DNA from: Heptranchias perlo | Lineage: Eukaryota | NCBI RefSeq assembly: GCF_035084215.1 | Contig: NC_090329.1 | Location: 13,516,001-13,580,000, forward strand | Reading direction: 5' to 3' | Length of the DNA: 64,000 bases | In this document: positions 25,301 to 38,454 of the stretch, one piece after another | Layout of the letters: each line of letters begins with the position of its first letter | How positions within the stretch are numbered: the stretch's first letter is position 1 | Notes under the pieces: model-generated | Told to the model about the DNA's origin: nothing | Databases searched by the model: none | The model's input: the letters and a program-made list of their open reading frames with translations, nothing else | Position numbers and translations under genes: made by a program

Positions 25301-26661
25301 AAATGTAGTAAACAATATGGAGGATAGAAGCAGACTTCAGGAGGACATAGACAGACAGGTGAAATGAGCACACACATGGCAGATGAAATTTAATGCAGAG
25401 AAGTGTGAAGTGAAACATTTTGGTAGGAAAAATGAAGCGAGGCAATATAAACTAAATGGTACAATTTTAAAAGGGGTGCAGGAACAGAGAGACCTGGAGG
25501 TGTATGTACACAAATCTTTGAAGGTGGCAGGACAAGTTGAGAATACGGTTTAAAAAAAGCATATGGGATCCTGGGCTTTATTAATAGAGGCATAGAGTAC
25601 AAAAGCAAGGAAGTTATGCTAAACCTTTATAAAACACTGGTTAGGCCTCAGCTGGAGCATGGTGTTCAGTTCTGGGCACCACACTTTAGGAAGGATTTCA
25701 AGTCCTTAGAGAGGGTGCAGAAGAGATTTACTAGAATGGTACCAGGGATGAGGGACTTCAGTTATGTGGAGAGACTGGAGAAGCTGGGATTGTTCACCTT
25801 ATAACAGAGAAGGTTAAGAGGAGATTTGGTAGAGGTGTTCAATATCATGAATGGTTTTGATAGAGTAAATAAGGAGAAACTTTCCAGTGGCAGAAGGGTC
25901 AGTAACCAGAGGACAGATGTAAGGTGATTGGCAAAAGAACCAGAGGTGACATGAGGAAACATTTTTTAAATGCAGCGAGTGGTTATGAACTGGAATATAC
26001 TGCCTGAAAGGGTGGTGGAAGCAGATTCAATAATAACTTGCAAAGGGGAATCAAATACTTGAAGAGAAAAAAAATTCAAGGCTATAGGGAAAGAGCAGGG
26101 GACTGGGATTACTTGGATAGCTTTACCAAAGAGCCAGCACAGGCACAATGGGCCAAATGGCCTCCTTCTGTGCTGTATCATACTATGATACTATTGCGCT
26201 GGTTCAGGGAGATTCTTCAAATTGGACTCATTTTCTAAGGCGTACAGGCACTAGTGGTCACATTTTTAAAATTTTTCATATCAAAAATATTTTATTTACT
26301 AAGAAACTGACACCACTGAAACTTTTAAAATAGTTTTTTTTTAAAAAAGTCATTTTCAGTGATTTTGAAATCAGGCTACTGACAGGTGGAGGACTGGGCA
26401 CATTAAAAGTGCTTATTTTTGGTGATAAACACATTTTCAGCTGAATTAATAAAACTGCACCAGGAAAATACATCAAGGAATACTTTTTAAATGGAAAAAA
26501 AAACAATTATGTTCTATTACACTGCCCGATTGCACTGGTTCATGGAAGATTTTAAGTTTGGGATTATGCAAATTAATTTTATCGGAAACTTGAACTGGAA
26601 TCTAACCAGTGCAATTTCGAGTGCATTTTCCTGATTGCGCCCAAAGCGAAAACTCTACCTC
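22355..26661. mobile_element. Possible non-autonomous TIR element (MITE-like) split by the CR1 at ~22700-26192
   Basis: Left end GGTTTGAGTTTCCGC..GCGCAATC resembles the reverse complement of the right end, GGTAGAGTTTTCGC..GCGCAATC. Confidence 0.4.
22700..26192 (+). mobile_element. Long decayed CR1 LINE with ORF1 SGNH-esterase remnant, ORF2 and 3' UTR
   Basis: ORF1 motifs SIVRG..CCLPG, VHVGTND, ISGLLPVP, DGLHLN. ORF2 motifs CVNAHNVVNK, MGDFNFP, DWRIVIVTPLFKKG, YINDLD, LVRPQLE. Many frameshifts, and the FADD segment is deleted near 25290. Confidence 0.92.
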
Positions 26662-27384
26662 TCATTGTTTATAATTCAAACAAAAAGCAACAGGTGTGTC
26701 CTCAATACAATCCGTCACATTTGAAGGCGATCTTTTTATTCTTCCCCTCCCTCTCTCATACTGTTCCTATTTTAAAAAAGACATTCAATATAAACTCGTC
26801 CTGATTAAAGATTTTCTTCAAATAATTTTGCAAAACAATCAAGCAGGTAATGCTGGAAGTTGAAGAGCAGAATCGAAGCACTTGGGCTGACTAAAAGCTC
26901 CTGATTTATCTTGGGAAACTGCACATCACACATGCTCAGACTGCAGGATCTCCCTTTGGCTAAAAGAAGCAAGTATCTGGGCAAAATTATCAAATCCAAG
27001 CCCAAGCTTTTGGAAAAGGTTGAGGCCTTCAAGTAAAAACTTTTAAGGGAGGTATTAAAAGACATAAAATCAATAGTAAATAAATTTAAATAAGGTTGTG
27101 AAATATAAGCTAGTCAGCAAAGTACTAACGCAAAAATGTGACACAGTAAGCGTAGGGCAAAGTTCACACCCAGACACAAAAATGATTGATGTTTTTATGA
27201 ATGATAACATCTAAGTAATAGCTTTATCTTGGCACGGTTATTACGTACCTTAAGTACCTTCTTCATTTTTTGAATGATGCATTCGCTACGCAGCGTATAT
27301 GTTTGCTTAGTTCTACTGATTCCAGGGAATGAGTGACAAAGTTGTTGACATGGGATCGGCTGTTCACATCCTCCTAATCAGTTA

Positions 27385-27433
27385 GTGGTTACTATGGTTT
27401 GCATTTGATTATGTAGCAAACCATAGTAACCAC
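27385..27433. repeat. Perfect 18-bp inverted repeat inside a larger imperfect palindrome
   Basis: GTGGTTACTATGGTTTGC (27385-27402) pairs with GCAAACCATAGTAACCAC (27416-27433); 13-nt loop. Confidence 0.9.
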
Positions 27434-28374
27434 AAAAGTTCCATTCAGACCCTGTGGAAATGGATCGAAGGAAGTGCAGTGTACGGAGAATGCATCAAAG
27501 AATGAAGATACTAACAAAAGGTAGGTAATCTCTTTCTTCATTCTGCATTGTCCACATCCTGCAGAAGCATATCTAAACAGTAAAAATCAGGATGAAGACC
27601 CCCTGTAATGGGTTTCAGCACAGACTGAGGGCACAGATTTGTCAAAGAGAAGAATTTAGGAAGTTAGCAAATCCAATTGGTAATACTTTGCAAGTATTCA
27701 AATTTTTCCATATAGTAGCCTTAGATAAAGTCAATGGGAAAATTGTTAAGGGAGGTCTAGGACAAGACCATGGAGCACAGAGTATCTTCACAACACTCAA
27801 TGTGCTAGACTATAGCAGTGGATAATATATTCCACCATTCATTTATCTATAATCTGTTTGTTTAATGGTTTACCCCTGGTTTACCATCCATAGCAAACAA
27901 ATGATTGACATGTTTTATGACATGACTGAGCTGTAGAGCTCCAAGTACATCTAAGGAAATGAAGTCTATGACGTGACCTGTTTGTAATGGGGAAAATTAT
28001 CTCCTGTCCTAATGGGAAATGGAAGGCAATTTTAGTTACAAATCAAGGTCAGTTTTTAAAATTACCCAATCAGGGAGCAATCACATACACAGACTAAACA
28101 GGAATCGTGGCTTGTTATTTACTAGCTCTGCATGCAGAAACTAATGCCAAGAGCATCATAAATATTAATTCATGCAGACGTGTTCAAAAGGTGAACGTAT
28201 TAGTTTTTGTAGCATAAAATCAAGAGTCCAATTTAGAACCAACAGAAGTCTAAATGGGCATAATTTACAGATAATGTTCATGAAGCATAACACCAAAAGG
28301 TGAACTCTTAGAAGATAAAGATGAAGCAGGTTTGTGAAAAGTTGAACTGGTAGCAAAAGTAAACTCTGATTTTT

Positions 28375-28725
28375 GGTTCAAACCCCACCATAGCAAGACG
28401 TGACAGTGAATTCAGTAAATCTGGTAATTTGTGAACTAGTACCAGAAAAATTAAAAGGAAAGCTTCCGGGTTGTTGTAAAAACCCAGCTGATATCACTAG
28501 TATCCTTCAGTGAAAGGAACCTGCCACCCCTACAAGTCTGGCCTATAGAGTATGTAGTTGGCTCTAAAGTGATCTAGCAAACCACTCAGTTGTGATAACA
28601 AATCAATACGAAGCGGAGCCCACCATCATCTGCTCATTAGAAGGTCTTCTCAGGGCAACTAGGGATGGGCAATAAATTTTGCCTTGCCAGCATCACCAAC
28701 ATCCTTGAAACATATAAATAAAAAA
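28375..28725 (+). mobile_element. tRNA-derived SINE with conserved central domain (Meta-domain-like) and family-A LINE tail
   Basis: B-box-like ggttcaaaccc, core 'tcactagtatccttcagtgaaaggaacctgcc', and tail 'gggcaactagggatgggcaataaa..gccttgccagc' shared with family-A LINEs. Confidence 0.6.
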
Positions 28726-31700
28726 GATTCAAAATGACACTTGATATTAATGAGCTAGGGTACACCAAGCATTAAAAGATTTCTGTTGTAAGCTTGATAC
28801 AAAGGTATTTCCTGTTTTAAAAAATGGATTGCTATGTGAAAATATGCATCATTCAAATCTACAGTTCCTAGCCAATCATATGACCATATTGCTTGGACAA
28901 CCGGCAAGACTTTGGCCATTCTGAACTTGTGCTACTTTATAAACTGATTTAGATCCTTAGGTCCAATATCAATCTTAAGGCACCTGATTATTCGTTATGA
29001 AAAACTGGGAATAAAGCCCCTTACGCTCTTCCCGAGGAGGAACTTCTATTGTTCTCGATACAAATAGTTCTCATTTCCAATGATACTGAATTTGACAATA
29101 ATATGGCTACAGTATTGATCTGACTTGATTGCACCCTAGAAGAGCACAGAAAAGGTCAAAAAGGAAAATAACCATCCCTTATGCTCTCAAGATTCCAAGC
29201 ATCTGATGTTATTGTCTACTAACACTAAAGAGTTGGAGATGAGCTCCTACTTTTCAACCCAAATAAAGGGAAATGATTCTCAAGTCATTAGGAGGTAGTA
29301 CCTTGTCCAGTATCTCTACGTAGTCCACAGGGAGATAATGCAGAACCCACTCAGTGTGGAGGTGTAAGATGGACAAATCTAGAATCTCTACCCAAAGTGG
29401 TGCTGGAAGAGTGGCTGACTGTTTGTGTCTGCATTTTATGACTGATTCTTAGGTGGACTCTTTGTAGAGGACATGCCCAAAATGGTATATTTTATTAATG
29501 TTTCTTGCAATATTCCAATGAAATCTCTACTTGGCTACCAAAGATGCTTTTTCCACTGATTGGACATTGCAACAATTGTTGGTACAATTCATTAGAAATG
29601 GATGGCAACAAGTAAAGGACAGCCCTTCAAGTATTATACTGAAGGCCACGTTTCAGAATCTGAAATTATTTGTATCCAATGCGGCTTGTTGCAATGCACC
29701 AGTCTGAATTTGATCTTCACCAATAGGGATCAACTGATCAGGTGTACATTCATTAAGTGTAGACCTGTTATAACATGTAACGATCATAAAGGTTCAGTCA
29801 AATCATTGCACAACTTGTGGCCTTTTTCAGATTGACACGTCCCATAAATTGCCTTGCAGATGGTGTTAATTAAACACCATAGGATCCAACACCATGAAAT
29901 CAAGAAACATATTTTCAAAGATTCGGGCAACCCTTAAACTGAAAGTTTCAATGACTCCCAGACTCAAATGTGTATGATTATAGATTGATTTTCTATTATG
30001 TAGATGAGTTTTGAGGCCACTCATTAGGTATGATAGAAGGTCTTCAATTTTTTTTTAAAAAATCTACAGATCCAATTTTACATACAGCTACTGAGCCTGG
30101 AAACAGGTTGTGCACACTTTCTTTTTTAAAAAAAAGTCAGCTTAATGGCCTTAAACCATATGAGGCTACAGGGATTTCCCTGCAAACAGCAAGCTCTGCT
30201 GAACCCAGGAACGTCCCCAACACTCGCTAGCCCTAGCCTGAGGTATGACTAGGTTAGGGGATGCAGCACCAATACCAGTCCATGCCAATGTCACATTATA
30301 TGGTACCAGTTGGAGAATTGCAGAGTTTGATTCTTCGCTGGTTTATTCAGCAGAATTGAGTCACTTTAAAAGCCAGTGGCGGGGCACAGTGGCAGGCTCA
30401 GTGCAGAGTGAAAAAATAGCTGTTGGCACCAACTTAGTAGGCAGACCTTGACACTATTGCATTGGCACCAATTTTCAGTTGTGCAGCAAGGCTTGGTGCC
30501 AATTTGAAGTAATCTTGTTTTTGAAGTAGAAAAGTGCCCTTTGGTGATGGTTTTGAACCTACTGCTGCAACCTCAGGTTTGGACAATGCCTGGAAATTTC
30601 AGTTGGATCTTCAGCAATTTGCTGATAAATTTCAGGAGACACTCCAATGTCTATTTTATTTTTTGTCTTCCAAGGCTTTTTTGTCAGCTATTAAATGCAT
30701 TTTGAAACACTTACACTGTCAGGAGTTCCCCAGGGCTGATATATGTATTTTCTACAGTCTAAAAGCACCTTTGATGAAGTACTTCTCAAATTATTTTATT
30801 AAAATTTTCTGCTTCTTTTGTTGTCTGAAAGGCTGAATGCTCTGTCTTTTCAGATTCATCATGAGAATTCTGGACAAAGATGACAGCTACTTACATTATA
30901 ATCTGTAGACAGACATTTTATATTTAAATTATGCTCGCCAAGCTATGAGAATGGGCTACTACACTCGTTACAATCAAAACCCTTTTGTAAGGTTTGATGA
31001 AGGCATAATAATTCATTAGTTTACTGAACATAACCTTGAAGGCAGGTATAGTAATTATATTAGAGATCCTTGGAATGACTTCAACAAATCATGAGGAGGG
31101 GGGAGGGGGGGGAAGAAATCATGTTCTTTTCTAGAACCACATCCAGTACTTTTGAGAGGTAACTTGTATGAAGTCAGATAATAGGAACATGACACTGGGG
31201 CTGGGGCAAAATAAACCATCATTCCAGGTACTGGATGACTGCCTTTTTACAAAGGATTGAATAGCCTATTGGCAAATTTATGTCATCATGGTCTGTATAT
31301 CAGTCATGTAATTCCCCAGGACCAACAGGACTAGGGTGAGGCGTGGGAGAAACCTTTGTGGTGTGTGGAGAATGCAGAATGCAGAATGAAGAACCACCTG
31401 CCATTAGCTATCTAAAAATAATACAAACATTCCATGTAGACCAGCACATTTCAAATGGATTAGTGGTCTCATATTAGCTAAAAAAAATGAAATCCATAAA
31501 AATCTATTTCCATGTAGGCCTAAATCTTCCTCCCATACAGACATTTATGTTCATATAGTATATGTTGCCTCCAAGCAAAAGAAAACTTGGAACTAAACAC
31601 CATAAAAAGACACAAGTGTTTGATTCTTCTTGAAAGATAATGTTACAGAATAGATTTAATTGCAAGCACTTATAAGACTACGAAGTAGTTTAGTGCTCCT

Positions 31701-32536
31701 ATAACGCCCAACAAACTGCCTTACCTACGACCATACAAGCACTTTACTGCATTAGTCCGACATTTCTTTTGCCCTACACCAACCAATCTCACGGTTTTTG
31801 ACCAAGACTCCCAATTAGCATCAAATTATGGACAATTTTGTGTTGTCGACCTGTTCCCAGCAGAAGCTCATTTACTGCTCTGTTAATATTGTGAATTGAT
31901 ATTTTAGGACATTTGTAATAAAGCAAATTAGTTGGGGGGGGGGGGGGGGGAGGGAGGAGAAGAGACAGTACTTTTAGGATGCACATACAAGTTTAACATT
32001 GGTACAAAATGGCTTTGGCTTTGCCCTGAAGCTAAACTTGTGCAGTGTGAATCAGGTGTAAAGACACAAACTCATTTGACAGCAAAGCAAGGAGGTCTGG
32101 CGTCAGGTAAGGCACAGACTTCAAATTCAGGCTGCGTTAACACAGAGATCTATGCAAAACTAAACTGCTTTGCATCAACCTCACTGCTATTGTGTGAATG
32201 CACACTTGCTCTTTAGGAGGGGGTCTAAAGAAAATTACTAACTCCAACCTATTAGGAAAAATAAGCTTTTAATGCTCCTTCTCCAGAGTCCCGATACGTT
32301 GAATCCATAATGTTGGAAATGAGCCACTTAAGCGTAGAAATTTACTGCACAACAGGTGGCCATTCAGTCCATTGTGTCTGTGTTGGCCCTTTGTTAGAGC
32401 AACCCAAAACTAATCCCACTGCTCTGCTCCCTCCCCACAGCTCTATCTCCCTCTGCTTCAAATATTTATCCAATTTTCACTTAAAAAGATGCCATGGCTT
32501 CTACCTCACCCTGGGGCAAAGCACTCCAAGCTCCAA

Positions 32537-33392
32537 TAACAACTTGCGTTTATATAGCACCTTAACATAGTAAAATGTTCCAAGGCACTTCACAGGAGCA
32601 TTATCAAACAAAATCTGACACCAAGCCACATAAGGAGATATTAGGACAGATGACCAAAAGCTTGGTCAAAGAGGTAGATTTTAAGGAGTGTTTTAAAGGA
32701 GGTAGAGCCAGTGGGGTTTAAGGAGGGAATTCCAGAGCTTAGGGCCTAGGCAGCTGAAGGCACAGCCGCCAATGATGGAGCGATGAATATTGGGCCAGAA
32801 TTAGAGGAGCGCAGAGATCTCGGAGGTTTGTAAGGCTGGAGGAGGTTACAGAGATAGGAAGGCACGAGGCCATGGAAGGATTTGAAAACAAGGATGAGAA
32901 TTTTAAAATCGAGGCGTTGCGGACTGGGAGCCGATGTAGGTCAGCGAGCACATCGGTGATGGGTGAATGGAACTTGGCGCAAGATAGGATAGGGGCAGCA
33001 GAGTTCTGGATGCGCTCAATTTTTATGGAGGCTGCAAGGGGGGAGGGCCAGCCAGGACAGCATTGGAATAGTCAAGTCTAGAGGCGTGGGTAAGGGTTTC
33101 AGATGAGCTGAGGCAGGGGCGGAGATAGGCGATGTCACGGAGGTGGAAGCAGGCAGTCTTGGTGAAGAAGATATGGGATCGGAAGCTCAGCTCTGAATCA
33201 GTCAAATAGGAAACCAAGGTTGTGAACGGTCTGGTTAAGCCTCAGACAGTGGTCAGGGAGAGGGATTGAGTCGGTGACTAAGGAACAGAGCTTGTGGCGG
33301 GGACCTAAGACAATGGCTTTGGTCTTCCCAAAATTTAATTGGAGGAAATTTCTGCTCATCCAATACTGGATTTCGGCCAAGCAGTGTGACAA
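32537..33392 (-). mobile_element. L2 LINE 3' fragment
   Basis: Peptides WMSRNFLQLNFGKTKA, SRLDYSNAVLAG and LHRLPV; L2-type tail ..ctatataaacgcaagttgtt. Confidence 0.85.
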
Positions 33393-34472
33393 ATAACCTG
33401 CTGCAAATAACCTCCTAAGCACTCTCCTCACTCATGCAGTGACAATTTTAAATTGATGGCCCCCCTCATCACTAACTTCCCAATTAGAGAGAATAGCCTT
33501 TCCTCATTCAACCTTTCAAAATCTGTCAAACTTTAAAAACTTCTGCTCTTGTGAAAACAGCCCTAGTATTTCAAATCTCTCCTCACAACTGTAGCTTCGG
33601 CCCTGGCTTCATCCTGGTGAATCTACACAGTATATTTTCTATGATTTTCATGTCCAAAACTATTGTATCTGTGGCCTAACCAACTTGTATAAATTTATTA
33701 CTACATTACACTTGTAACTATGCTCCTATTTATAAAACCCAAAATGCTGTTGGCTGTTTATAAGACTTAATTTACTTGAAGTATAAGTTTCAAAGCATTA
33801 TGTACTTGAACCACTCAATGTCTGTCCCTCCAAACCCTTCACAAGCTTTCCATTTAGCGTATACTCTCATTCCTGGTTTCTTTTCCTAAAATGTATTATT
33901 TCACACTTAGCCACATTAAATTGCATCTTCCACTCATCTACCCATTCCACCAACTTGAAATCCTTTACAGTCCTCAATGTTTCCTAACAGCATACGTCAA
34001 CCAACCTTCTATCTGTGCTGTTACATTCCCTCTTTACCAAATACCTAAATTTTACCATCAAGTCTCAAGACATCTTATGTCTTGCTTTCTGAAAATCCAT
34101 CTACGCTGCATTCACTTCTTTCTCTTTACCTATCCAAGTCACCCATTGAAAAAACCTCAAATTTGTCAATCATGACTTGCCTTTATCAAATCCGTGCTGC
34201 TTGTCTACATTCCCAATTTTAATTAATTTATCTTAAATTGTGGCTTCTAAGAGTTTGCCAGCAGAGGCTAGACTGATTGGTCGATTCTGCTCTTCCTTCT
34301 TGAAGTGAGTTATAATAGCTACTTTCCAGTTCAATAGCACAATTTCCATTAAAATCTGTGGCCAGAGCATCTGCTATGTCCTCTCTGGCATCTTTCAACA
34401 GCCTAGGGAACATGCCATCAGGGCCTGGTGATTTATCCACCTCGAGTTACACTAATTATTTATTTTAAGAAC

Positions 34473-37400
34473 TGAAAGGATTCTGGTCCTTCTGTATCAT
34501 CAGAAAGCACGATGGACTGCTTGTCTGCTATGTGCAGAAGCTTCGTCACAAGGTCATGAGAAAACGCTGAGACTTAAAAAGCAAAATCAGTAACATCAGA
34601 GAGCTGAGACTTCAAAGCAAAATTGGTGTCGATGCCACATACAATAATGGCTCAGATGATCAGAAGGAACGGTCAACAAACCCACAGGTGTGGGGAAGTC
34701 ATAACTTTAAATCGACATCACTCGAATAGATTGAACAAATCAACAGCTACAGAAAACTTTAATCTGTCCCTTCTTGATCGGAGCTTGTTTGATGTAGACA
34801 TGAAAGCAGATATGAAGTATAAAGAAGACATGATATCTAAGCTAAGGGGTGCACCCGTAATCAAGGGATTCTGAAGAGGAGACATCAGGGGACGTCTAGA
34901 AAACACGAACACTGTAAAGAAGGAACGGAAGACGACGCCTCAGGCCAGCTCCTAAGACTGAGGATCTGATCATCCTGGAGGTCTCGAGAGCCACTCTGCA
35001 AGTTAAGGTTGTATTACTGTCGTTTGTTTCATGCATAACCAGTGTCAGCTTCGTTAATAAAGTTAATCTTGAATTGACAAACGTAAGTACATTTATCTCT
35101 CCGTAATTGGTGGTCCCTACAGATCGAACATAGGAACAGGAGTAGGCCATTTAGCCCCACGTGCCTGCTCCGCCATTTGATAAGATCATGGCTGATCTGT
35201 GATCCAACTGCATATACCTGCCATTGACCCAAATCCCTTAACACCTTTGGTTGCTAAAAAGCTATCTATCTCACATTTAAATTTAGCAATTGAGCTAGTA
35301 TCAATTGCCATTTGCAGAAGAGAGTTCCAAACTTCTACCACCCTTTGTGTGTAGAAATGTTTTCTAATCTCACTCCTGAAAAGGTCTGGCTCTAATTTTT
35401 AGACTGTGCCCCTTACTCCTAGAATCCCCAACCAGCGGAAATAGTTTCTCTCGATCCACCCTATCTGTTCCCCTTAATATCTTATAAATTTCGGTAATCT
35501 CTCCTCGTAACTTAACCTTTGAAGTCCGGGTATCATTCTAGTAAACCTACACTGCACTCCCTCCAAGGCCAATATGTCCTTCCGAAGGTGCGGTGCCCAG
35601 AGCTGCTCTCAGTACTCCAGGTGCGGTCTAACCAGGGTTTTGTATAGCTACAGCATAACTTCTCCCCCTTGTACTCTAGTCCTCTAGATATAAAGGCCAG
35701 CATTCCATTTGCCTTATTGATTATTTTCTGTACCTGTTCATGACACTTCAAATATCTATGTACCTGAACCCCTAAGTCCTTTTGGACATCCACTGTTTTT
35801 AAACTTTTTACCATTTAGAAAGTACCCTATCCTTTTTTGATCCAAAGTGGATGGCCTCACATTTGTCTACATTGGGCAAAACTGTGGCAAATGGAATTCA
35901 TTCACCTAATCTATCAATATCGCTTTGTAATTTTATGTTTTCATCTACACTGCTTACAATGCCACCAATCTTTGTGTCATCGGCAAACTCAGATGAGATT
36001 TTCTATGCCTTCATCTAAGTCATCAATAAATATTGTGAATAATTGAGGCCCCAAGACAGATCCCTGCGGGACTCCACAAATCACATCCTGCCAATGTGAG
36101 TTCTTACCCATTATCCCTACTCTCTGTCGCCTTTCACTCAGCCAACTTCCTAACCAAGTCCGTACTTTTCCCTCAATTCCATGGGCTTCTATCTTAACTA
36201 ACAGTCTCTTATGTGGGACCTTGTCAAATGCCTTCTGGAAGTCCATATAAATAACATCCATTGACATTCCCCGTCTACTACTTTAGCCACCTCTTCAAAA
36301 AATTCAATCAGGTTTGTCAGGCACGACCTACCTTTCACAAATACATGCTGGCTCTCTCTGAGTGAATACCTCGAGAATTTTCAGTTAGTCACCCTATCCT
36401 TAATTATAGACTCCAGCATTTTCCCCACAACAGATGTTAGGCTAACTGGTCTATAATTCCCCGGTTTCCCTCTCTATCCTTTCTTAAAAAGCGGAGTGAC
36501 ATGTGCAATTTTCCCATCTAGGAGGGACAGTTCCTGAATCTAGAGAACTTTGAAAGATTATAGTTAGGGCATCCGCAATGTGCTCACCTACTTCCTTTAA
36601 AACCCTGGGATGGAAACCATCTGGTCCTGGGGATTTGTCACTCTTTAGTGCTATTATTTTCTTCATTACTGTTGCTTTACTTATGTTAATTTTATGGATT
36701 CCCTGTCCCCGATTCAGTATTAGTTTTCTTGGGATTTCCGGCATGCTATCCTCTCTTTCTACTGTAAATACTGACGCAAAGTAATTGTTCAACATGTCCA
36801 CCATTTCAACATTGTCAATGACAATATCCCCACTTTCAGTTTTTAAGGGGCCAACACTGCTCCTGACCACCCTCTTTCCTAATATAACTATAAAAGTTCT
36901 TCGTATTGGTTTTGATATCCCTTGCAAGTTTCTTTTCATACTCTCTTTTTGTAGCTCTTACTATCTGTTTTGTGACCCTTTGTTGATCTTTGTATCTTTC
37001 CCATTCGCCAGGATCTGTGCCATTTTTTGCCTTTTTGTATGCCCTTTCTTTATGTCTTATACTGTCCCTTACCTCTTTACTTGACCAAAAAAACAGCCAC
37101 GGACAACTAGAGTTCTTGCCCCTCGGGGGTATAAACCGATTCTGTATCACGTTAAATGTTTCTTTAAACATTTCCCACTGATCATCAGTCGTTTTACCCA
37201 TTAACAGATTTGCCCAGTTTACTGTGGACAGTCTCTGTCTCATCCCATTGAAGTCGGCCTTACCCAAGTCTAGAATCTTAGCAGCTGACTCACTTTTTTC
37301 CCCTTTCAAACACTACCTTGAACTCGATCATGTTATGATCGCTATTGGATAGATGTTCGCGTACAGTTAAGTCGTTAACTAAATCTGGTTCATTACTCAT

Positions 37401-37966
37401 TACTAAATCTAGTATGGCTTGCCCTCTTATTGCCTCTAGGACGTACTGCTGTAGAAAACTATCCCGACACAAGAAATTCCTTACCTTTCTGACAGTTGCT
37501 AGTCTGCTTTTCCCAATCTATGTGAAGGTTAAAGTCCCCCATTAAGACCACTATGGCTTTGTTACACGCTTGTCTAATCTCTGCATTTACACAATCTAGC
37601 ACTTCAGAGCTGCTGCCAGGGGTCCTATACACAACTCCCACTATAGTCGTAGATCCTTTCCTATTTCTCAATTCAACCCATAAGGTCTCTGTTGGCTGCT
37701 TACCTCTCGTTATATCCTCCTTTATCATTGAAGTGATTTCATCTCTAATTACTAAGGCTTCTCCTCCCCCTCTTCCATTTTCCCTATCTCTCCTGTAGAC
37801 CTTATAACCAGGTATATTTAGTTCCCAATCCTGACATCCTGCAGCCATGTCTCAGTAATAGCTATCATGTCATACCCTCCAATTTGAATTTGAACCTGTA
37901 GTTCATTTAATTTATTCCTTATACTCCGAACTTAAGGAACGGATAGAAATAATGTTTTCGCTTACA
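34473..37966 (+). mobile_element. ERV-like solo LTR (~692 bp: 34473-35129 + 37932-37966), split by a CR1 insertion
   Basis: Starts TGAAAG and ends CTTACA. 4-bp TSD GAAC at 34469-34472 and 37967-37970. TATAAA at 34818, AATAAA at 35056. CpG-richer than the flanks. Confidence 0.75.
35130..37926 (-). mobile_element. CR1 LINE ORF2 (endonuclease + RT, frameshifted) with 3' UTR
   Basis: Motifs [53 protein letters not shown]-type tail. TSD CGAAC at 35125-35129 and 37927-37931. Confidence 0.93.
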
Positions 37967-38454
37967 GAACTCATTCCTCTCCTAGCTATCTCTAACAATT
38001 ATTCCATACCCATCTGTAGTGCACCTACAATCTCACTTCCATCATTTATAAAAACTGATGCAAAATGTTAACTCTCTCTGGTATTAGAACCCCTCTTATC
38101 CCGGAACATTCCTACCCTCCTTAGCGTTACTTTTTATATGCTTCCCTTTTAGCCCTTTATAAACCTCCCTACCACACTTTCTATATTCATTATTTTCTTT
38201 TGCACCATTAGCCCTACTTTTATCATATACCTCCGTTTTAAGTTTGTTTAGAATTAATCTATTTATCCACAGAACTCCATTCTTTGACGCACCCCATTTG
38301 GTCTGTAATGCACATCAAGAATTGTACCATTTTCCTGTTCATTTCTTAATTCTATCTTCATGCAATCCCCCAGAGCATCCTTGCATTCCAGTTGTGATGG
38401 AATCCTTCACAAACACTGTGACTTGACTTACCCCTTTCGTCCTCATCTTTCCTT

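Larger units (their letters stand above)
33470..38450 (-). mobile_element. Old decayed CR1 (33470-34468 and 37971-38450) hosting an LTR/CR1 nest
   Basis: DKSPGPDGMFPRLLKD in ORF 34228..34440; decayed CR1-like antisense sequence resumes after 37970. Confidence 0.65.

Noticed and set aside
30030-30836. Run of plus-strand ORFs and repeated TTGGCACC/GGTGCCAA words
   Set aside because: No protein homology is recognisable; this is most likely a decayed palindromic DNA-transposon remnant whose ends I cannot define.
35108-35129. TGGTGGTCCCTACAGATCGAAC resembling a tRNA-Ile primer-binding site
   Set aside because: It has several mismatches, is not preceded by CA, and lies inside the element as defined by the TG..CA ends and GAAC TSD. 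No internal retroviral sequence follows.
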